Shown here piece by piece: positions 44,812-54,613 of a stretch of DNA of 64,000 bases. Origin of the DNA: Gemmataceae bacterium. GTDB taxonomy: Bacteria > Planctomycetota > Planctomycetia > Gemmatales > HRBIN36. The stretch's first letter is position 1. Each line of letters begins with the position of its first letter. The DNA lies in NCBI GenBank assembly GCA_040289265.1, contig PSKW01000002.1:28709-92708 (forward strand), read 5' to 3'. A model generated the notes under the pieces. That model did not search any database and was not told the DNA's origin. It was given only the letters and a program-made list of their open reading frames with translations. The position numbers were made by a program, and so were the translations under genes.

Positions 44812-46341
44812 TTAAGGTAAAGGCAAATCGGTGAACTCAAAAGGTACCGTATGATTCGCGGTGATCCACTCGTTGAGCACAAAGGTGAACGATTTCGGTC
44901 GTTCACGCTGAAAGATGGCCGCCAGGCCGATGTTTTCCAACGGACCAGTCCGCCGAGCGAAGGTCACCTGTACAGTCACACTTTCCGGTCCGTAATTTAC
45001 GTAGTTATTAATGCTGTGACCATAGACATTGCCCAAGTTGTCTCGTAACTCGATCCTTTGCAAAATACTCCCTGGCCAAGAATAGTCGTTCACATCATCG
45101 CCTTTTCCAGCCCCTTTTTGACGAGCACGGCTTATCGTAAGCTCAGCACTCACCTCGACTCCATTGCTGGTGGCGGACTCCACAGTCACCACGACGCCAC
45201 TTTCCCTGTATGTTTTCTTTTTCGCGTTGGTGAAATCTTCGATGATAACGAGAGGTCGAGATGCAACACGCACCGTGACTGGTATATAGCCTTTGATCAC
45301 TTTCAAAAGCCTACCCCCAGTCGCGAGCAAATTGACTCGCAGCATCATAGAGCTGCGTAAGGATTGAGCACCATAATAATAACTTATATTCGACGTGTTG
45401 TATGCGCCTGGCGCAAGAACGAGAGACCGTCCTTTCTCATCGGTAGCTTCGGTTACGACGACAGCCGGAGCTGACAAGAGAGGTATTCTGGGCTCCGAGC
45501 GAATGACGACGACGGCGGACAGGGATTCACGAAGAACCATATCGCCCATGAGAGGGATCGTGACGAACATGTTAGGCTGCGAATAGGGCATAAAATCGAA
45601 ATAAGGGTGCAGACCCATGCCGTCGAAATCAATCCGCCGCGAGTATTCGATGCCACGAACAGAAACGCGAAAAGGTCCGTTGCAGAAGTGATATCCCGTG
45701 GATCGGTCGTTCCGGAGCAGTACCAGGGGCACCTGGAGTGTATCGTTGGAAAAGTAATAATTCTCGTCTTGCAGGCAATAGCCGGCCAGTTCACACACGC
45801 GTGTCAGAGCGAGCCAAAAGGGGACTTTTTCCAGGTCCAGGGAAATGTTGCGCTGTCCTGGCTGGCCGCCGGACAAGATATTGAATTTGACATTGCTTTG
45901 CTTTTGCAACTCCAGAAGTACATCCGAGGCGGGCTTGTTTTTGCATCGTAGGGTAACCAGGGTAGGTGACAAAACCGACCGGCGATCCAGTCCGCTTACG
46001 AGGTTCTGGAGCAGCCGGCGCACTTCTGGGTCGGATTCGCTGTCCAGCGCCCGTCGCAGGACTGGCAGACCTTGCGCTCCGATGCGCTCGATCGCTCGGA
46101 AAGCAATGACCCGCTTGCCATAATCGCGATCGCCCAGCTGCCTGATGAGCGCGGGTAACATTTCCAAGGAAGCATTCGGTTCCGGCTGAGTTTCGCCCTC
46201 GGAGCCCAATGACTCGCTAGGGATCTGCTGCGTTCGGTTGTCGGGCCGTCCTGAATCCGTTGCGCGAAGGGTCACCGAGGCCAACCCGATCATCACAGCC
46301 ACCAACAGGCATGGACCGATTCTTTGCGCAGGCTGCCTCAT
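44812..46341 (-). CDS. secreted hypothetical protein with N-terminal HEAT-like repeats
   Basis: Track ORF 44812..46785. I prefer ATG 46341 (MRQPAQRIGPCLLVAVMIGLASVTL signal). HEAT-like LIRQLGDRDYGKRVIAFRAIERIGAQGLPVLRRALDSESDPEVRRLLQNL. The rest is beta-rich. The region is more AT-rich than its surroundings. Confidence 0.6.
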   Translation of the reverse strand: MRQPAQRIGPCLLVAVMIGLASVTLRATDSGRPDNRTQQIPSESLGSEGETQPEPNASLEMLPALIRQLGDRDYGKRVIAFRAIERIGAQGLPVLRRALDSESDPEVRRLLQNLVSGLDRRSVLSPTLVTLRCKNKPASDVLLELQKQSNVKFNILSGGQPGQRNISLDLEKVPFWLALTRVCELAGYCLQDENYYFSNDTLQVPLVLLRNDRSTGYHFCNGPFRVSVRGIEYSRRIDFDGMGLHPYFDFMPYSQPNMFVTIPLMGDMVLRESLSAVVVIRSEPRIPLLSAPAVVVTEATDEKGRSLVLAPGAYNTSNISYYYGAQSLRSSMMLRVNLLATGGRLLKVIKGYIPVTVRVASRPLVIIEDFTNAKKKTYRESGVVVTVESATSNGVEVSAELTISRARQKGAGKGDDVNDYSWPGSILQRIELRDNLGNVYGHSINNYVNYGPESVTVQVTFARRTGPLENIGLAAIFQRERPKSFTFVLNEWITANHTVPFEFTDLPLP

Positions 46342-46543
46342 CGTCGCATTACCCCCGAACCAAGCCGACTGTCTCGTGAGCCCTATTTCTTGACTATAGC
46401 CTGACGCGGATACAATTACAACCGTTGCCATGTTTTTTTTGAGGGCCGTATCCGAAGCAGCTACCTGAACCGTCGTAGGTCCGCACAACGGGACCACCGG
46501 GACACTTCCGCGAGCCGGACACCGAGTTCGGGGGTATATCACC

Positions 46544-47548
46544 GTGAGGCCAAAGCCACGGGTTTTGATCACGCTAGGCGACGTCGCCGGGATCGGGCCG
46601 GAGATTGTTGTTCGAGCTTGGCACGACCCGTACCTGCACACCTTGTGCGTGCCTGTTGTCGTGGGCGACGTAGAGACAGTACGGCGCACTGCCGAGCACC
46701 TGGGTGTAGCGATACAGGTCACCGCAGTCGGATCGGTGCCGCCAGCCGATCTAGGCGCCGACATTGTTCCCTGCATCCAGGGCACGGACGTGGCTTTGCA
46801 CGAGATAGTACTGGGCCGAGTTTCTCCGTTCGCCGGTCGGGCAGCATACGACTTTATCGTGCGTGCGGTCGAGTTGATCCAAGGCGGTCAGGCACAGGCT
46901 CTGGTCACCCTGCCCATCCACAAGCGAGCCCTGCATCTGGCCGGCATTTCCGAGCCAGGACACACGGAAATTCTGGCGCGTCTGACCGGATGCCACCGTT
47001 ATGCCATGATGCTCTATTACCAGCGCCTGGGGATCACCCACGTGACCTTGCACATGGCGCTGCGCGACGCTTTGCAGGCGCTGTCCATAGATAGCATCGT
47101 GGAAAAGGCCGAGTTGTCAGCGACGTGCCTGGCACAACTGCTCGACAAAGCCGTGCCGGAACTGGCCGTTTGCGCTCTCAACCCACATGCCGGCGAAGAA
47201 GGCCTTTTCGGGGACGAAGAAGCACGCTATATTCGACCCGCCGTAGAGCTGGCCCAACGACGCGGATTGGCGATTTCCGGTCCATGGCCGGCCGATACGC
47301 TGTTTTACCGCGCGTTCGCTGGCGCCTACGACGGAGTGATCGCCATGTACCACGATCAGGGACACATCCCCATGAAATTGCGCGCAGGCTACCGTGCCGT
47401 CAATATCACGCTCGGGCTGCCCTTGATTCGCACCAGTGTGGCGCACGGCACGGCCTACGATGTGGCAGGGCAAGGCGTGGCCGACCCGATGGGATTCGTC
47501 CATGCCGTCGAAGTGGCCGCCCGGCTAGCCAGCGCACAAGCTGGGTAA
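46544..47548 (+). CDS. pdxA: 4-hydroxythreonine-4-phosphate dehydrogenase
   Basis: GTG start. Motifs: ITLGDVAGIGPEI, GHTEILA, NPHAGEEGLFG, MYHDQGHIPMK, IRTSVAHGTAYD. Confidence 0.92.
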   Translation: MRPKPRVLITLGDVAGIGPEIVVRAWHDPYLHTLCVPVVVGDVETVRRTAEHLGVAIQVTAVGSVPPADLGADIVPCIQGTDVALHEIVLGRVSPFAGRAAYDFIVRAVELIQGGQAQALVTLPIHKRALHLAGISEPGHTEILARLTGCHRYAMMLYYQRLGITHVTLHMALRDALQALSIDSIVEKAELSATCLAQLLDKAVPELAVCALNPHAGEEGLFGDEEARYIRPAVELAQRRGLAISGPWPADTLFYRAFAGAYDGVIAMYHDQGHIPMKLRAGYRAVNITLGLPLIRTSVAHGTAYDVAGQGVADPMGFVHAVEVAARLASAQAG

Positions 47549-47555
47549 AACGGTC

Positions 47556-48185
47556 ATGAAGACCTGCATGTACCTAGTACGACACGGAGCGACAGCTGCC
47601 AATTTAGCCCAGCCCAACTTTTTGCAAGGGCAAACGCTCGATCTCGATCTGGCGCCGCTGGGCGTGCGTCAGGCCTTGCTGACCAGCGAATACCTGGCCC
47701 TACAACCCATCCGCGCCGTCTATTGCAGTCCCATGAAAAGAGCGGTCCAGACGGCGCGCATTCTGGCCCAGCCTCGTCAGCTGCCCACGGATATCGTCGC
47801 TGAGCTTACCGAGTGCCATGTCGGTCGTTGGGAGGGGCTGACCTGGGAACAGATCATGCAGCAGGATCCCGAATACTACAATCTTTTTCAAGCAGATCCC
47901 GCCCATTATGGCTACCCCGGCGGGGAATCGTTCGCGGAGGTACTGGTGCGAGTCACGAACGCCGTCCATCGGCTGCTCGCAACCCACGCGGGAGAGACTA
48001 TCTTGGTCGTCTCCCATCACATTGTGTTGCGCGTCTACCTGGCTTCCGTCCTCGGTCTCGAGCCACAGCTATCGCGGCGGATCAAGTTGGACAACTGTAG
48101 CATTTCGTGCATCTGCAGCGAGAACGGCGAGACATACGTGGTGACGGTCAATTCTGGGCTGCATCTGAATGGCTGCGGGTGCTGA
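47556..48185 (+). CDS. histidine phosphatase family protein (phosphoglycerate mutase-like)
   Basis: YLVRHGATAANL (RHG motif), ...ECHVGRWEG..., ILVVSHHIVLR. 209 aa. Confidence 0.88.
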   Translation: MKTCMYLVRHGATAANLAQPNFLQGQTLDLDLAPLGVRQALLTSEYLALQPIRAVYCSPMKRAVQTARILAQPRQLPTDIVAELTECHVGRWEGLTWEQIMQQDPEYYNLFQADPAHYGYPGGESFAEVLVRVTNAVHRLLATHAGETILVVSHHIVLRVYLASVLGLEPQLSRRIKLDNCSISCICSENGETYVVTVNSGLHLNGCGC

Positions 48186-48211
48186 CAGCGACCCGGTGCC
48201 AACGCAATCGG

Positions 48212-49357
48212 CTACTTACCTGGAGCCGGGGACGATGCCCCAGCCGCCTCCTGCCGCTGACGGCGCTCGCGCAGGACCTTCCGACGGGCTTCCACCATGC
48301 TTTTGGGATCGCCTTCCAGCACGGTCTTCTGCTCTTGCTCGCTCAGCCGCACCTGAAACAACGTGTCGTCCAACGAGGCGGCGGGGAGATCGCTCGGTTC
48401 CATTTCCAAGGCCGCGAGCAATTCATCCGGACCATCGGGTCGAGTATAGCCGAACCATTCGATGCGATAGGGCCAGCACGAGGAAGCGGCGATCCATGTC
48501 GGGTGACGGTGTAGGTACACACGGCATAAGCGTGGCACGTAGACGAACTGCGCTCCGCGTTTATGCCACTGCTCTGCCAGATCTACAGCGCCGCGTTCAT
48601 CGCCTTTACTTTTGGGGGCGATGACGTCCAGTGTTTTTTGCGACCATTGACCCTCGACGACGAAGACGGGAATCCAGGAACGCCCCTTGAACCCAAGCCA
48701 ACCGGCTTCGACGCGGGTAAAGACCAGATGGTCCAGCAAGTCGTCCAAAGTGGCCTCGATCGCACGAAAACCTTGTTCAGCGGCCAACTCCTGGCGGATT
48801 TGCAGATCTATCTCGTCCGCCCGCTCCACAGGAATGGCATCCTCCATAGCCTTCAGGCTCCAGCGTGTTACCGTTTTGTTGGTGGGATTCTCTTCGATGC
48901 GCCAGACTGTTTGACCGTCGCAGACGAGGGTTATTTTGCCCTGGGCCAGCGCCACATCGGCGCTCAATTCAAAGCGCACGCGATTGCCGCGGGCGCGTAC
49001 GTACCGGCCCGTGACGGAAAAACGCAGTCCGCGACTCTGGATGTGCTGCTCGATGATCGCCTGCAAAACCGGCGCGGCGGCGATGTGCCATTTGGCCCAC
49101 TGCATCAGCGCCCTTGCCCGACCGTCGGCGGACTTACTATTGACCGCGGCAGCCGCCGGCGTACCTGGGGCTTGCTCTGCCGCGCTGGCCGGTTTTGGGG
49201 TCTGTGCAGATCGGTCCTGAGCGATGGTCCCCTGCTGGCAAAAGAAAAAGAGAGCAGCGAGGGCGAATAAAAGAGCCAATGTGGCCAAGAGAGGACGAGC
49301 AGCACAAGTGCAGACGGCGCGTAGCAGCTCTTTTTGGGAATGCATAGCTGGATGCAT
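48212..49357 (-). CDS. hypothetical secreted protein, LolA-like (outer-membrane lipoprotein-sorting fold) by resemblance
   Basis: Track ORF 48212..49555. Start probably ATG 49357 or 49345, upstream of the anchor LLATLALLFALAALFFF. The central region RFSVTGRYVRARGNRVRFELSADVALAQGKITLVCDGQTVWRIE resembles LolA/LolB-type half-barrels. Confidence 0.5.
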   Translation of the reverse strand: MHPAMHSQKELLRAVCTCAARPLLATLALLFALAALFFFCQQGTIAQDRSAQTPKPASAAEQAPGTPAAAAVNSKSADGRARALMQWAKWHIAAAPVLQAIIEQHIQSRGLRFSVTGRYVRARGNRVRFELSADVALAQGKITLVCDGQTVWRIEENPTNKTVTRWSLKAMEDAIPVERADEIDLQIRQELAAEQGFRAIEATLDDLLDHLVFTRVEAGWLGFKGRSWIPVFVVEGQWSQKTLDVIAPKSKGDERGAVDLAEQWHKRGAQFVYVPRLCRVYLHRHPTWIAASSCWPYRIEWFGYTRPDGPDELLAALEMEPSDLPAASLDDTLFQVRLSEQEQKTVLEGDPKSMVEARRKVLRERRQRQEAAGASSPAPGK

Positions 49358-49524
49358 AGGCAACCTCTTCCGAATTTGCCGAAAGAACGAGACCAGGAAT
49401 GCCGACAACATAGGCAGGGCGCAGTTGCCCACCCATGCCGTACGCATTCTATGGAAAAGGCAGACACGAGGCTGCGCCGATACCGAGGGGATGGCCAAGA
49501 CCCACAGGGGATAAGGGGGAAGCG

Positions 49525-50790
49525 ATGAAGCGAGCTGCGGGACTGTTGCTGACACTGATCGGGGCAGGCGGATGCGTAGCGACCGGGGTGGATTTTCCGC
49601 CGGTGGGCCAATGCGGACCGATGTGCGGCCCGCCTATGCCCCCCGTGCTACGCGGTGCCATCGGCCCTTACGGTGAGCCAGTCACGGCGGTTCCACCGGT
49701 GGGCCCCCATGCTCCAGGCGCCGTCGCCGGTGTCGGCCCGGAAGTGCCTTTCGCCAGTCCGGCATCCCGCGGTGTACCCATGGTGCCGCCAAATCCGGTC
49801 ACTGGCGGTCCAGGTATGGGTCCCGGACAAGCGATGATCATCCCCATGGGTGGACCTGGCCCTCTGCCTCCCGCGGCGCCGAGTGTCGTTCCCGCCTCGT
49901 TTGCCAATCCGGCGCCAGCTCAGCACGCCGCTTTGTTGCAGCGCTCGCAGGTTCGCTTCGTCGGGCCTAAAGGGGCAAAGGTGGGTTGGTATGTGGCTGG
50001 ACAACCGGACAAGGACGGCCGTCCCGTGCTCATGCCCGCCCAACTCGATATCCCCGGTCGTTACAACTTCTTGCAAGGGGCCATCTATCGTCTGAAACTT
50101 TCCAATATCCCTGGTCGCCCTGGCTTAGAACTTTACCCGACCATCGAAGTGGTACCAGCCAATGCCAAAACGGAGGCTTTCCTGGCACACAATTACATTC
50201 CCGTGGAATTTACCGAGGAAGATTTAGACCAGGTGGCCAGTGGCAATTTCATCACCAAGGTAATTTATCTGCCGGACGCGCAGTATCAAAGCCCGACCGG
50301 CGCTGGGCCCGAGGAGTTGGTCTCCACAAGACTGGAACCTGGTGTGGATCCGGTGGCCGAGGCGCATCGGCGCGGTCATATTCTGCTGGTGGTCCGGGTC
50401 GGTGGCATAGACCTGGAGGTAGCCAATGCACCTGCCATAACAGCCCCGGGACCGTATGGGCCGCCGCAGAGCATGATGCCGCCTATTCTTCCTGGCATGG
50501 CGGCGCCGCGACCGCTGGCTAACCCGAGCTTGCCGCCCGGCGCCCCTCAGGTGGCTGTACCCGCCGTCTATCCGAGCGGCCCGATGGTACCCGCAAAGCC
50601 AGGCACCTTGCCTGGTTCCGACGGCAACGCTGTCCAGCAGTCTGGACAGTCGCCTGATTCCGCCACTCGGGATACTGGCACAGACACCTCGGCTACGGGG
50701 CCACATATGTACATCCCCACCAAGCGCCAAGGAGATAAAGAGCCGACGAGCAAAACCCAACGTGGGCTCCTAAATAGACTGTTCGAATAG
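49525..50790 (+). CDS. lipoprotein with Pro/Gly-rich region and a conserved domain shared with the next gene
   Basis: Track ORF 49435..50790, start at ATG 49525, giving the lipobox LLLTLIGAGGC. Central domain: VRFVGPKGAKVGWYV...YRLKLSNIPGRPGLELYPTIEVVPAN...IPVEFTEEDLDQVASGNFITKVIYL. Confidence 0.65.
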   Translation: MKRAAGLLLTLIGAGGCVATGVDFPPVGQCGPMCGPPMPPVLRGAIGPYGEPVTAVPPVGPHAPGAVAGVGPEVPFASPASRGVPMVPPNPVTGGPGMGPGQAMIIPMGGPGPLPPAAPSVVPASFANPAPAQHAALLQRSQVRFVGPKGAKVGWYVAGQPDKDGRPVLMPAQLDIPGRYNFLQGAIYRLKLSNIPGRPGLELYPTIEVVPANAKTEAFLAHNYIPVEFTEEDLDQVASGNFITKVIYLPDAQYQSPTGAGPEELVSTRLEPGVDPVAEAHRRGHILLVVRVGGIDLEVANAPAITAPGPYGPPQSMMPPILPGMAAPRPLANPSLPPGAPQVAVPAVYPSGPMVPAKPGTLPGSDGNAVQQSGQSPDSATRDTGTDTSATGPHMYIPTKRQGDKEPTSKTQRGLLNRLFE

Positions 50791-50846
50791 TATCGCCGAC
50801 TGGGTACGGCCTTAACGCCGGTCAGCCAAAAAATAGGGGCGCCACC

Positions 50847-52607
50847 ATGCAGGCTTTGCGTCACCTGGTCCGCATCCGCAAGCGCGGCCCAAAGAGCGAT
50901 GGCTGCGGCCCAGGCACGGAAAGAGACTCGGGCAGCATTGCGGCGGCGCCCTTGCCTGTGCACGTCCTGTTATGCTGGCTGTTCCTGTTAACCTTTCCCA
51001 TGCACCGCGCCCCAGGCGCGGCTCGGGGACCCGAGTTGGTACAGGCTCCTTTGCTTTATGTGCGGCTGCAGGCACCGGAGGGTAGCTCGATTCAGCTGGC
51101 TACGAGCCAGGGAGCGAGGCAATACGATACGCCGGCCGTCGTAGCCCTGCGGCCCGGATATGGGTACCACATTTCGATCTTTGCTCTGCGCTCCGGCAAA
51201 GTGCGTGTCGAGGCTCATGGGACTTTGACGGTCTTGGATACCCTGCTGGTGCCGGTACGAACGTCGGCAATATCTTTTCCGGCGCCCCTACCGATCACCG
51301 ACGAGGACCTGGATGCCGCAGAGTCGAACCAGTTGGTTACCAAAGTAGTCGTCGTAGAAACTGCAAGGCCCGGTTGGCCTGGCACTTCCACCGTAGCGCA
51401 ACCGGCAGTGCTGGAAGTGCCGCCGGCCGAAGATTTGGAAGAGCGCGCACGGCGCTGGGGCCGACCGTTACTGATCCTGCGGCTCGGGCAGCGGCAGCCT
51501 GAGCCACGCGATCCACACGTCTACCCCTCAGCTTGTCCCTTCGGGACTTGCAAGCAGCAGAACCATATACGTACGCAAGCCGGACATGGGTCTACCTGGC
51601 CCTATCGGCCTGGGCTGCCTGCGTCGAGCCGAACGGTCTTCAATAGGCCCGCAGATCCTGAGGAGAATCTGATCCGCGACGGCGGCGACTTCGGACAGCC
51701 TGTGCGGCTCACGCCCCAGGGTGCATCCGACGGACTCGAGCCAGGCGACGCCGTGATCGAGTATCGGTCCTCGCAGCAAGTGGGTAAGAGTATTGTGCCG
51801 GCCAATCCCGTTTTCATCTGGTCCCCTCGTTTTCTGATTTTCCAGCAAATGCTGGGATTCGATGCACTGACGGGCACCGATGAGGCGGGACATATGCAAA
51901 GCGCCCAAGCACGCGCCGCCCTAGTCGCCCGTGACGATCTGCGACAAGTCAGACAACGGGACGACGTGCACCAGGCTCATGTCCGCTCGCACCTGCACGC
52001 CAATATCGGCCGTAGCTATGCAGGGCGCATCGAAGAAATCAATACGCTCGACGCCGTGCATATCGAGGTCGGCTCCTTCGCATATTGGGGCAGCGAGCGT
52101 TTCGTGCTCGTCAAAGACGAGCAAAAAAAGCGCATGGTGCAGCAAATCGCTGGGGCGCGAGCATTGTCCCGACGTGCCGCAATTGCCGGCGTCCACGAAG
52201 ACATCGGCATTCAAGCCGTCGGCCGCGTGGAGGGGATGGGCACGATACAGGCCGCCGTTCAGACTTCAGAAGCCGTCTCTCTCGACCGCAACGAGCCGGT
52301 CCGTGTCCCTGAAAAGCCCTTGCAGATCCTCAAATGGGCGTCCAAGGAAACTGCGCAGCCAGGGGACATCGTTACCTTTTTCATTCGCTACAGCAATCTG
52401 GGCGGACAACCGATCCACGACATTGCCATTACCGATAGCCTCAGCGGACGACTCGAGTATATCCCCTGTAGCGCTGCATCCGATCGCGAGGCGATATTTG
52501 CAACACAGACCAACGAAGAGGGGTCGGTGATTCTCCGCTGGGAAATAAGAGACCCGCTGCCGCCGAAGGCACACGGTGTAGTGCGTTACCAGGTGCGCGT
52601 CCGCTGA
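50847..52607 (+). CDS. hypothetical protein, N-terminal paralog of the preceding domain plus C-terminal DUF11-like repeat domain
   Basis: 586 aa. The N-terminal LLYVRLQAPEGSSIQL...GYGYHISIFAL...PLPITDEDLDAAESNQLVTKVVVV parallels the upstream gene. The C-terminal ETAQPGDIVTFFIRYSNLGGQPIHDIAITDSLSGRLEYIP resembles DUF11/conserved-repeat domains. Confidence 0.65.
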   Translation: MQALRHLVRIRKRGPKSDGCGPGTERDSGSIAAAPLPVHVLLCWLFLLTFPMHRAPGAARGPELVQAPLLYVRLQAPEGSSIQLATSQGARQYDTPAVVALRPGYGYHISIFALRSGKVRVEAHGTLTVLDTLLVPVRTSAISFPAPLPITDEDLDAAESNQLVTKVVVVETARPGWPGTSTVAQPAVLEVPPAEDLEERARRWGRPLLILRLGQRQPEPRDPHVYPSACPFGTCKQQNHIRTQAGHGSTWPYRPGLPASSRTVFNRPADPEENLIRDGGDFGQPVRLTPQGASDGLEPGDAVIEYRSSQQVGKSIVPANPVFIWSPRFLIFQQMLGFDALTGTDEAGHMQSAQARAALVARDDLRQVRQRDDVHQAHVRSHLHANIGRSYAGRIEEINTLDAVHIEVGSFAYWGSERFVLVKDEQKKRMVQQIAGARALSRRAAIAGVHEDIGIQAVGRVEGMGTIQAAVQTSEAVSLDRNEPVRVPEKPLQILKWASKETAQPGDIVTFFIRYSNLGGQPIHDIAITDSLSGRLEYIPCSAASDREAIFATQTNEEGSVILRWEIRDPLPPKAHGVVRYQVRVR

Positions 52608-52838
52608 GGCACCCCGAGCGCACTCGCTGAAAACCAGTCCGCTAAGCGACGAACACGAGGCTACCTTTTTTCGCGCGGGTCGTCTTGTCGCCATAGAACC
52701 GAGCAGCCGATCCATCGGCTCCGGTCAAAGCGGATGCCTGAGTGCCGGGCGAGCAAGGGACCGAAAGATCGCTCGGTCAGATGGCGAGAAGTACACGGTG
52801 CGGAGATTGTCGTCACCCTGTAGGCTGTGTGGGCCCCC

Positions 52839-54185
52839 TCAGGAGCGCACCGAGGAGCTGGTTTGCCCGATCAAGTAGGCCCGCAAGTCGCAGCAAATCT
52901 GGCCGCACAATTCGCGCCAGTTGGCGAGGGGCAGATTGCCTTCGTAATGCAAGACCACGCGCACGGAAAGCAGATTGGGGCGGTCCGGATCGCGGCGGGC
53001 CAAATAAATCTCCATCAGGATCGGCTCGTGACTGCCGCGTCGCAAGAACCAGGAGCGGCGCGCAGGGCTCACTTCGTAGGTGCTCCCTTTTTGGCCGAGG
53101 CGCAGGACGACTTTGCCAGGACTGTTTTCGACGACGCGCCCGCCGCTGTCGGCAATGAAGCCATGCAGTTTGTATGCAGCTACTGCCGGTGGCAGCCATG
53201 CTTCGATATCGAAGAGAAAGGCCTCGGGATCCAACTCGCCGGAACCGGGGAGGCCCACATCGGCCGGCGTACTAGAAGTGTGCGAAACAGCGACATCGCA
53301 ATCACGAGCCTTGTCCCCGTCGCCGGCTTGGTCGCGCAAAGCCCGCTGATAGCGCCGGCACAGTTCCTGAGCGCTGCCCGGACGGTCTTCCGGTCGCTTG
53401 GCCAGACAAGCACGCACGACCTCCTCGACCGCCGGCGGTATCCAAATGCCTTGGCCGCACATGGCCGGGACCGGATCGTGCACGTGCGCCAGAAAAAGTT
53501 CCATGCTCGATGGCCGTTCGAAAGGCAATCTGCCGGTCAGGAGTTCGTACACGATGACGCCGAGGCTATACAAATCGCTGCGATGGTCGGCAGCTTCCCC
53601 ACGCGCCTGTTCGGGACTGATATAAGCGGGTGTCCCCACAGCGAATTCCGAACCTTGCCCAGTGGGATGGGTGTCCTTGGCCTTGCGTCGCGGAATCAAT
53701 TTGGCCAGCCCAAAATCGGTCACCTTGACTTTCTCATACGGCGTGTCTGCGCTGAGAATCAGTACATTGGCTGGCTTCAGATCACGATGGACGATGCCCA
53801 AATCGTGCGCCGCTTGCAGCACTTCACACAGCTGGCCCAGTAATACGCCTACGCGCGAGGGACTTAGCCGTCCATTGCGTTTACGGACCACTTCCAGGGT
53901 CTCGCCGCGCACATATTCCATAATGAGACAGGGACCGACGTTCTCGTCCACGGCGGCGTCGTAGAGGGCTACGGCATAAGGATGCTGGAAATTGGCCATG
54001 AATTGCATCTCCTGACGGAAGCGCTCCTGGAATTGCGGATCGGTCAGCAGATGCTCGTGCATCACTTTGATAACCACCTGCCGGCCTAGGTCCAATTGCC
54101 GTGCGAGGTATACTTTTCCCATGCCGCCTTCGCCCAGCAGGCGCAGCAATTCGTATCGGCCCAACAATACTCGCGTATTGGTCAC
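52839..54185 (-). CDS. serine/threonine protein kinase with uncharacterised C-terminal domain
   Basis: GRYELLRLLGEGGMGKVYLA...VIKVM (VAIK-like)...HRDLKPANVLI...DFGLAK...GTPAYISPEQ, followed by a ~170-aa C-terminal domain of unknown function. Confidence 0.92.
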   Translation of the reverse strand: MTNTRVLLGRYELLRLLGEGGMGKVYLARQLDLGRQVVIKVMHEHLLTDPQFQERFRQEMQFMANFQHPYAVALYDAAVDENVGPCLIMEYVRGETLEVVRKRNGRLSPSRVGVLLGQLCEVLQAAHDLGIVHRDLKPANVLILSADTPYEKVKVTDFGLAKLIPRRKAKDTHPTGQGSEFAVGTPAYISPEQARGEAADHRSDLYSLGVIVYELLTGRLPFERPSSMELFLAHVHDPVPAMCGQGIWIPPAVEEVVRACLAKRPEDRPGSAQELCRRYQRALRDQAGDGDKARDCDVAVSHTSSTPADVGLPGSGELDPEAFLFDIEAWLPPAVAAYKLHGFIADSGGRVVENSPGKVVLRLGQKGSTYEVSPARRSWFLRRGSHEPILMEIYLARRDPDRPNLLSVRVVLHYEGNLPLANWRELCGQICCDLRAYLIGQTSSSVRS

Positions 54186-54613
54186 GGTTCTGGCTCACGA
54201 CTGGGACAATGCGTCACCGAATCCGTGCTGGTTTTGCTCCTTTCTGCGCTTCTTTTCGACCCTGGCAAAAGCTTAGTCCACAAATGACGGTCGTGCGTGT
54301 CCACAGGAGAAGATTTCTCGGCATTCCAGGCGGCACAGGCCCATGCGACTTACCGCCCCGACAAAAAGGATCGGGGCTAGGCAAAAAGTGCATCAGAATT
54401 CGTCCATTTTTCGCGTGACAACGACGGCGGCGAGCAGTATAATGCAAGCTGGTTGCAGCCGGTGGGCCTGCCTGTCGAGATGCTGCTACGGCTGGCCCGC
54501 TTTAGCGCTGGCTTTTTGCGACCCGCTAATTACGATCCTATTTCGGGGATCGCCTACCTGATAGATTGTGCCTGCCTCAGGAACCGCACAAGGAGCATAG
54601 GGGGGCTATCGTC

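Noticed and set aside
52827-53843. 338-aa plus-strand ORF opposite the Ser/Thr kinase gene
   Set aside because: Antisense shadow of a gene with complete kinase subdomains.
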